DNA of 64,000 nt from Minisyncoccota bacterium (lineage in GTDB: Bacteria > Patescibacteriota > Minisyncoccia > Phycocordibacterales > UBA9973), in NCBI GenBank assembly GCA_021734995.1, contig JAIPHX010000004.1, positions 18,115-82,114 on the forward strand. The letters run 5' to 3'. The position numbers and the translations under genes are program-made. This document shows, one piece after another, positions 58,230-64,000 of this stretch. Within the stretch, counting starts at the first letter, position 1; each line of letters begins with the position of its first letter. A model generated the notes under the pieces. That model searched no databases and was not told where the DNA came from. It was given only the letters and a program-made list of their open reading frames with translations.

Positions 58230-59216
58230 TTATTCTTTTAAATTAAGTCCGAAAGTACTTAATACTTTTTTAATTTCAGAAATACCTTTTTCTCCAATAC
58301 CTTCTATTTCAAGTAAATCTTCTCTTTTCTTTCTTGCTAAACCACCTAAAGTACGGATATTAGCAGAAGTAAGAGCATTCAATGTACGAGTAGAGAGGTC
58401 TAGGCTGTCTGTGCGAGTTTTTAAAACATCTGTAAAATCATCTCCCCTTTTTTCTTCTACTTTTTCAGCCTTTTTTGGTACTTCTTTAACTTCTTCAAAA
58501 ACTTCCATCTCTTCCTCTTCTTCTTTAAAATCAACTATACCTTTAAGTTGATTTATCATAATTTTTACAGATTGCAATAATGCTTCTCTTGGTGACATTG
58601 TACCATCTGTCTCAATTGCAATTCTCAATCTATTGTAGTTGATTTTATCTCCAACACGCATATTTTCTACTTCATAGGAAACTCTACGTATAGGAGTAAA
58701 GATAGCATCTACTGCCATAGTTCCTATATCTACTTTCTCTTTTTGAATTGTTTCTTTTGGAACAAAACCCAATCCCTTTTCTATACTAAGTTCAATATTT
58801 AAATTAGTTTTTCCTGTTATCTCAGCAATATGTACATCTGGAGTAAGTATTTCTACTTGTCCACCTGTTGTTATATCAGAAGCAACAACGCTTTTTGGGC
58901 CTTTTATAGACAAAGTAACCACTTGTGCTTCATCAGATATAATTTTAAAACGAATTTTCTTTAAATTTAAAAGAATTGTAATTACATCTTCTTTTATACC
59001 TTCAATTGTCTCAAATTCATGAGAAATACCCTCTATTTTAACATGAGTCAAACCTGCACCCAAAAGAGAAGATAAGATAATTCTTCTCAAACTATTACCT
59101 AGAGTATGACCGTAGCCGGGATAAAGACCGTCTATTTCAAAAACCCCTTTATTGCCCTCCTCTGATACCGCTCGTGGTTGGGAAGGAATAATTATGTTGT
59201 ATTTATTATCGGACAT
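58230..59216 (-). CDS. rpoA: RNA polymerase alpha subunit
   Basis: GYGHTLGNSLRRIILSS, alpha-CTD. Confidence 0.97.
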   Translation of the reverse strand: MSDNKYNIIIPSQPRAVSEEGNKGVFEIDGLYPGYGHTLGNSLRRIILSSLLGAGLTHVKIEGISHEFETIEGIKEDVITILLNLKKIRFKIISDEAQVVTLSIKGPKSVVASDITTGGQVEILTPDVHIAEITGKTNLNIELSIEKGLGFVPKETIQKEKVDIGTMAVDAIFTPIRRVSYEVENMRVGDKINYNRLRIAIETDGTMSPREALLQSVKIMINQLKGIVDFKEEEEEMEVFEEVKEVPKKAEKVEEKRGDDFTDVLKTRTDSLDLSTRTLNALTSANIRTLGGLARKKREDLLEIEGIGEKGISEIKKVLSTFGLNLKE

Positions 59217-59295
59217 ATTTTTTTATTTTTTTGTCCGCCTTTGGCGGGAAAAATTATTTGTAAAATTATTTTTTAAAATTTATAATCAAAAAAAA

Positions 59296-59898
59296 TTAAC
59301 GGCTATAAAACTCAAGGACTGCGTTCAGATCAAAAAATGTATCGTTGTTTTTTGGTTTTGCTAAAATACTTCCTTGCATAATATTAATATCAAAAGAAAC
59401 CCAATCTGGAAATTTATATTCTTTTATTTTTTCAGCCAAACCAAGCCATACATTCTTGCTTTTAGAACCTTCACGAATTTTTATAATATCTCCTACTTTT
59501 ACTGAATATGATGGAATAGTCACTTTGTGCTCATTTACAATAAAATGACCATGAGACACAAGCTGTCTTGCAAATCTTCTACTAGAAGCTAATCCCATAC
59601 GATATACTACATTATCAAGACGAGATTCTATATCTTCGTAAAATTTTTCTGATGCACCTGCTCCTTTTACATTTAAAGCCTTATTAACATAGTTGGAAAG
59701 TTGTTTTTCGCTTACACCATAAGCAAAACGAATTTTTTGTTTTTCTACAAGCTGTGTTCCGTACTCAGAAAGAGCTTTTGGTCTTTTACTTCCAGGACCG
59801 AATGTTTTTGGGGCGAAAGAAAACTTTGGAGTTTGACATTTGTCATATACTCCTGCTCCTAATCTTTTACAAATTTTAAATTTTGGTTTTGAAATCAT
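59296..59898 (-). CDS. rpsD: 30S ribosomal protein S4
   Basis: EKQK, ESRLDNVVYRMG, ARQLVSHGH, EFYSR. Confidence 0.97.
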   Translation of the reverse strand: MISKPKFKICKRLGAGVYDKCQTPKFSFAPKTFGPGSKRPKALSEYGTQLVEKQKIRFAYGVSEKQLSNYVNKALNVKGAGASEKFYEDIESRLDNVVYRMGLASSRRFARQLVSHGHFIVNEHKVTIPSYSVKVGDIIKIREGSKSKNVWLGLAEKIKEYKFPDWVSFDINIMQGSILAKPKNNDTFFDLNAVLEFYSR

Positions 59899-59910
59899 AT
59901 TAATTAAAAA

Positions 59911-60354
59911 TTAAACTCTTCTTGGTTTCTTTGGCTTTGGACCATTATGTGGAACAGGTGTCTTGTCTTTGATAGACGATATCTCCATTCCATAAGCCAT
60001 AATTGCACGAATTGCTGGCTCTCTGCCAGAACCTACTCCTTTTACAACAACATCAATATCTTTAACTCCGATACTTGCCATTTTGCTACCAATCACATCT
60101 CCTACTTTTGAAGCTGCGAAAGGTGTTCCTTTTTTAGCTCCTCTAAAACCTAAAGCTCCAGAACTACTTGCAAAAACTGCATTCCCGAGTTTGTCAGCAA
60201 AAAGCACTTTTGTATTATTGAATGTTGCTTCAACATTTACAATACCAGAAGTAACTTTTTTCTTAGAAGCTTTTGGGCCACCTTTTTTTACTTCACCTTC
60301 TTGTGGCTTTTTTTCAGTATCGTTTTCTTTTGTTGTAATTTTTGTCTTTCCCAT
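59911..60354 (-). CDS. rpsK: 30S ribosomal protein S11
   Basis: ATFNNT, KGTPFAA, TPVPHNG..P.K.RRV. Confidence 0.97.
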   Translation of the reverse strand: MGKTKITTKENDTEKKPQEGEVKKGGPKASKKKVTSGIVNVEATFNNTKVLFADKLGNAVFASSSGALGFRGAKKGTPFAASKVGDVIGSKMASIGVKDIDVVVKGVGSGREPAIRAIMAYGMEISSIKDKTPVPHNGPKPKKPRRV

Positions 60355-60365
60355 ATTTTTAATTT

Positions 60366-60746
60366 TTATGTTTTACTTTCTTTTCTCTTTCCAGATGCCA
60401 TTGTTCTTCTTACATTTCCCCTAATGGTTCTAGAGTTTGTTTTAGTTCTTTGACCTCTAGCTGGTAATTTTTTTGTATGTCTTGATCCTCTGTAGGATTT
60501 TATATCTTTCAGTCTTTTTATGTTTGCAGAAACTTCTCTTTTTAGATTACCTTCTATCTTCATCCCTTCTATAATGCTACGAATTTGGTTTTCTTCTGCT
60601 TCTGTAAGCTCTTCAGCTTTTTTACCAAAATCAAGACTCACTTGTTTTAAAATTTTTCTAGCAGTAGAAATACCTACTCCGTACACACAAGTCAGTGCAA
60701 ATTCAAGTCTTTTTTCGTTTGGTACATTGATTCCTAGTATTCTCAT
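60366..60746 (-). CDS. rpsM: 30S ribosomal protein S13
   Basis: True start MRILG at 60746 (track start lies inside rpmJ); RGQRTKTN. Confidence 0.96.
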   Translation of the reverse strand: MRILGINVPNEKRLEFALTCVYGVGISTARKILKQVSLDFGKKAEELTEAEENQIRSIIEGMKIEGNLKREVSANIKRLKDIKSYRGSRHTKKLPARGQRTKTNSRTIRGNVRRTMASGKRKESKT

Positions 60747-60747
60747 A

Positions 60748-60858
60748 TTATTGTTTTTGTTTATGTTTTGGGGTAGAGCAAATAACACGCAAGTGCTTAC
60801 CTCGTTTTACTATCTTACAATTTGAACAAATTTTTTTTACTGCAGATTTTATTTTCAT
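60748..60858 (-). CDS. rpmJ: 50S ribosomal protein L36
   Basis: Manual translation [36 protein letters not shown]. Confidence 0.95.
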   Translation of the reverse strand: MKIKSAVKKICSNCKIVKRGKHLRVICSTPKHKQKQ

Positions 60859-60981
60859 AAATTTATACCCTTATCAAAACAAGAGAAAAATAAGGGAAAA
60901 AACCCTTATTTTTTCGTAAATTTAATACCTTTAAAACACTAAAAATCATTATACACTATTATAAAAATAATACAAGTATTT

Positions 60982-61212
60982 TTATAGCCTTTTTAAAATT
61001 CTAGCTTTCCCCCCATACTCATCCAACAAAACCTCGACTGTATCACCTATCAAAACCTTAATACGGTGCAATCTCATTTTGCCTGAAAGGTAAGCCAAAA
61101 TTTCTTTTTCTTCTCCATTTACTTCATTTATTTTTACCCTAAACAAAGTAGAAGGTAGTGCTTCAGTCACTACTCCTCTTGCCATAAGTTTATCTTTTTT
61201 GTCGTCTTTCAT
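60982..61212 (-). CDS. infA: Translation initiation factor IF-1
   Basis: GVVTEALP, LAYLSGKMR..RIKVLIGD. Confidence 0.96.
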   Translation of the reverse strand: MKDDKKDKLMARGVVTEALPSTLFRVKINEVNGEEKEILAYLSGKMRLHRIKVLIGDTVEVLLDEYGGKARILKRL

Positions 61213-61238
61213 TTATTAATATTTATATAATAGCATAT

Positions 61239-62648
61239 TTATGGGTAATTTACAATTATATGAATCTTTTTCATATCTTCTGGGAAAGATTTTTTCCAGA
61301 CTGGTTTGATACTAGATTCAGCAGAAATAACATGAGAGTATTTATTCATAATTTTTTCAAAATCTTTCTTATTTTTACCAGCTATATCTGAAGCAAAAGA
61401 AACATCATCAAATTTGTATACCAATAGAGGGTTTCCAGATAAAGCAAAATTTATATCCCGAATACTGTTTATATTTTTAGAAGTTACATTCTCTGCATTT
61501 TGTAATGTAAACTTTATATCTTTAATGTTTGATATATATACATTTTGTTCATTTTCATTTGGGGCAATATTTTTTAATATCTCTTTAGCAACAACCTCTT
61601 CATTAAAGATAAATCCATACAGAACGGCATCCATAGATATTGTGGTAGCTTCTTCTTCTGTTCCTTCTTTGTAATCCAAGGCATCTTTTGGATCTCCTAT
61701 AGTAAATTTTTCATTTGTTTTTTCGAAAAATATAGCAGTAGTCCATAAAATAAAACCTGCAGGAATTTGATTTTTAGCTTTTTCCATCAATTTATCCCTT
61801 AAAGAACTTTCAAGTTTTTTTAAAGACTCTTCTTTTTTTTCTACAGAAACCTCTCTTGTAATACCCAATTTCCCTCCAGAAATATCCCCTACAGATCTAG
61901 CAAAAAACTTTTCATATTTAGGAGAACCTTTAAATCCAAGAATTTTAAAATCAAGAGGAGGACTATTATATTCTTCTCCTGCTTCACTAGCAAAAATATC
62001 TACTTGTATTTGACCTGGCACATCTTCTTTTTGCATACCTGGTACTATTACTTTTTCTACTGTTTTATATATTTTTCCATCTATGGTTTCCAGACGAGTA
62101 TTTATATCTAGGGCCTGTGGTGCCAAACTAAAATTATTGTAAATGATTACAGTTCCTTTGGCTGATTCTTTCACTTCTTTTTCTTCCCCTCCAAGCACTG
62201 TTACTTTTTCTTCTCCAGTCAATACCATTAGATCGAAAGAGAAACTTTTTGATGAATTTCCCTTGCTTGCTATAAAATCTTCTGACATTGATAATACTTT
62301 TGTTTCTGGATTTACAGTTACTGTTGCTTTTACAAACAACAAAGAAACTGCAAAAAACAGGAAAAGTATCGCAATGAAAGCAATTACCCATATACCGTAC
62401 TTTGAATCCCCCCCATTAAAATCCCCACTGTATGTATATGCTGAAGATTGAAACTGATACTCATTTTCTCTTCTAGTCTTTTCTATTCTATCCAAACGAT
62501 CATCCTTTGGTACGGAGTCTTCTTGCTCTATTTTTTTTGAATTTACAAATTGTTTTTTATTAACTGCATCAATAGATTTTTTACCTGAAGCAGTACTTCT
62601 TTGTTGATTTTTTGTTTTCACCATATCTTCAAAAATATTTTTGGGCAT
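61239..62648 (-). CDS. Single-TM protein with baseplate-J-like extracytoplasmic region
   Basis: TM at GIWVIAFIAILFLFFAVSLLF; AKGTVIIYN...TRL, A.EAGEEYN, GG motifs. Confidence 0.65.
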   Translation of the reverse strand: MPKNIFEDMVKTKNQQRSTASGKKSIDAVNKKQFVNSKKIEQEDSVPKDDRLDRIEKTRRENEYQFQSSAYTYSGDFNGGDSKYGIWVIAFIAILFLFFAVSLLFVKATVTVNPETKVLSMSEDFIASKGNSSKSFSFDLMVLTGEEKVTVLGGEEKEVKESAKGTVIIYNNFSLAPQALDINTRLETIDGKIYKTVEKVIVPGMQKEDVPGQIQVDIFASEAGEEYNSPPLDFKILGFKGSPKYEKFFARSVGDISGGKLGITREVSVEKKEESLKKLESSLRDKLMEKAKNQIPAGFILWTTAIFFEKTNEKFTIGDPKDALDYKEGTEEEATTISMDAVLYGFIFNEEVVAKEILKNIAPNENEQNVYISNIKDIKFTLQNAENVTSKNINSIRDINFALSGNPLLVYKFDDVSFASDIAGKNKKDFEKIMNKYSHVISAESSIKPVWKKSFPEDMKKIHIIVNYP

Positions 62649-62663
62649 CTTTTTTTTATTTTA

Positions 62664-63755
62664 TTAAGCAAATCTATTAATAGAAAGATTCTTCAACATT
62701 TCCATTGGTAAATGAGAAACTTTAAATTTGTTTTCAGTCCAAGCATATTGGTTTACTCTTTCATTTGACACCATATTTGTAAACAAATTGGACAAGCCAC
62801 TTTCTGCACTTACAAATACTATATATGGTAAAGCAATATCTTCGGTATGTTCATATAAATTTTTTTCAAAAGAAGAAAGCCATGAATTTTCAAAAATATT
62901 AATATCTTGTACCAAATTGGCTATCACATTATTACTAGCATGACCTTCGTTGTATCTATTTATTAAAGAAGTTGCTTCTGTAAAAGAAATATTGTTTGTA
63001 TTGGATACCTGTCTTATAAAATGGTTGGATCCTACAGGGAAAGAACTAAGAGCATTCATACTGCCGTTTTTTACTAAAAGAATATCAGATATCTCTCCAC
63101 CTACTGCAAGCAAGATAAAATTTTCTTTTGGAAACATATCTCTAGCTGATGTAAAGGAATGGAAAGCAAACGAAGAGAATTTTATCTCTCTTTCTGGTAA
63201 TTGTTCTTCCACTGTATCTTTAATTTTTTGAATAAACATCTTTGAACCCAAAGAAATAAATATTTCCATTTTTAATTCTCTAGCCTTTTGATTGTATGGA
63301 GTGTCTGTGCTATATCCATTGAGGGTAGTTTTGAGTGTTTTCATTTCTATTGGTAAAACCTCCCCATTTTCTAAATCACCATAAAGTTCATATTTTTCTT
63401 TTTTGAAGACTTCTACTTCTTTTTTCAAGATATCACTAGCCATTTTATTACTAAAGATAAAAGGGGTATTTTTTTTAAAAATAATTTTTCTAAATTCGGA
63501 AATATACCAAGGAGAAGCAAGAATGCATTGAATCTTAGATGGACTTTCCATTTTTTTTGCTCGCACTTTGTTCAATAAAATACTTAATGATTTTAACGTG
63601 TGTCCAGAAAGTATATCCATATCTGGATTTTCAAATATTTTTATAGGTTCTCTAATAGAAAAAATAATCCTTGGGATTTTATTTTCTGTCTTTACTAAAG
63701 TTGCCCCGACAGAAGAAGAACCTATATCTAAAAATAGTGATACATCCTTATTCAT
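62664..63755 (-). CDS. FtsA/PilM-like actin-fold protein
   Basis: LDIGSSSVG phosphate-1 and VGGEISDI phosphate-2 motifs; likely start MNKDV. Confidence 0.65.
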   Translation of the reverse strand: MNKDVSLFLDIGSSSVGATLVKTENKIPRIIFSIREPIKIFENPDMDILSGHTLKSLSILLNKVRAKKMESPSKIQCILASPWYISEFRKIIFKKNTPFIFSNKMASDILKKEVEVFKKEKYELYGDLENGEVLPIEMKTLKTTLNGYSTDTPYNQKARELKMEIFISLGSKMFIQKIKDTVEEQLPEREIKFSSFAFHSFTSARDMFPKENFILLAVGGEISDILLVKNGSMNALSSFPVGSNHFIRQVSNTNNISFTEATSLINRYNEGHASNNVIANLVQDINIFENSWLSSFEKNLYEHTEDIALPYIVFVSAESGLSNLFTNMVSNERVNQYAWTENKFKVSHLPMEMLKNLSINRFA

Positions 63756-63840
63756 AATATTATTATAACACAAGAATAAAAAATAAATGCTATAGGGAAA
63801 GCTATAAATTTTATCTACTTACAAATTTTTGGCACATTTA

Positions 63841-64000
63841 TTATTGAAGTACTGCTTTTATCCTACGTACCCCTTGAGAAGAAGCTTCTTCTTTTTGTAT
63901 TTTGAATACTCCGAGATCTTTAGTGTTTTGTACATGAGGACCTCCACAAAATTCTTTAGAGATAGGGTTGCCTTCATTATCTTCTATAAAATAGACTGAC
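63841..64000 (-). CDS. alaS: 3' end of alanine--tRNA ligase (editing domain) or AlaX-like protein
   Basis: Manual translation ...[37 protein letters not shown]. Confidence 0.8.
   Translation of the reverse strand, partial: SVYFIEDNEGNPISKEFCGGPHVQNTKDLGVFKIQKEEASSQGVRRIKAVLQ

Noticed and set aside
1-64000. Alternative genetic code 25 and the numerous short antisense ORFs
   Set aside because: Core genes are intact under code 11 with TGA used as stop (e.g. carA); the short ORFs are shadows of confident genes

Overview
AT-rich bacterial chromosome segment using genetic code 11 (TGA stops, tRNA-Trp CCA). Gene content and style point to a Patescibacteria/CPR genome, probably Parcubacteria; this taxonomy is inferred, not searched. 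Left end: a possible island (transglutaminase-like ORF, large serine recombinase) next to tRNA-Trp, a tRNA-like structured RNA and rpmG. Housekeeping genes follow (ddl, M24 peptidase, DD-carboxypeptidase, scpAB, pepN, aspS, prs, trpS, intein-containing dnaB, recR, rplU, cysS), with a pyrC-carA-carB-pyrB block and three toxin modules (HicBA, orphan MazF-like, AbiEii). The grpE...dnaK...dnaJ locus is split by two VirB4/TraD-like ATPases, a PaaX-like regulator, rsmE and a 13-kb array of six Cys-rich paralogs. The right end holds the rpsM-rpoA ribosomal cluster and the 3' end of alaS. Four signals stand out: (1) the paralog array, whose near-identical DNA ends flank divergent middles, with cargo genes sitting behind paralog-type spacers; (2) a 13 x 60-bp LRR-like repeat in which every variable column involves adenine (DGR-like); (3) an orphan MazF-fold toxin facing a promoter-driven ~55-nt structured RNA; (4) a tRNA mimic with a 12-nt anticodon loop inside a larger structured RNA.
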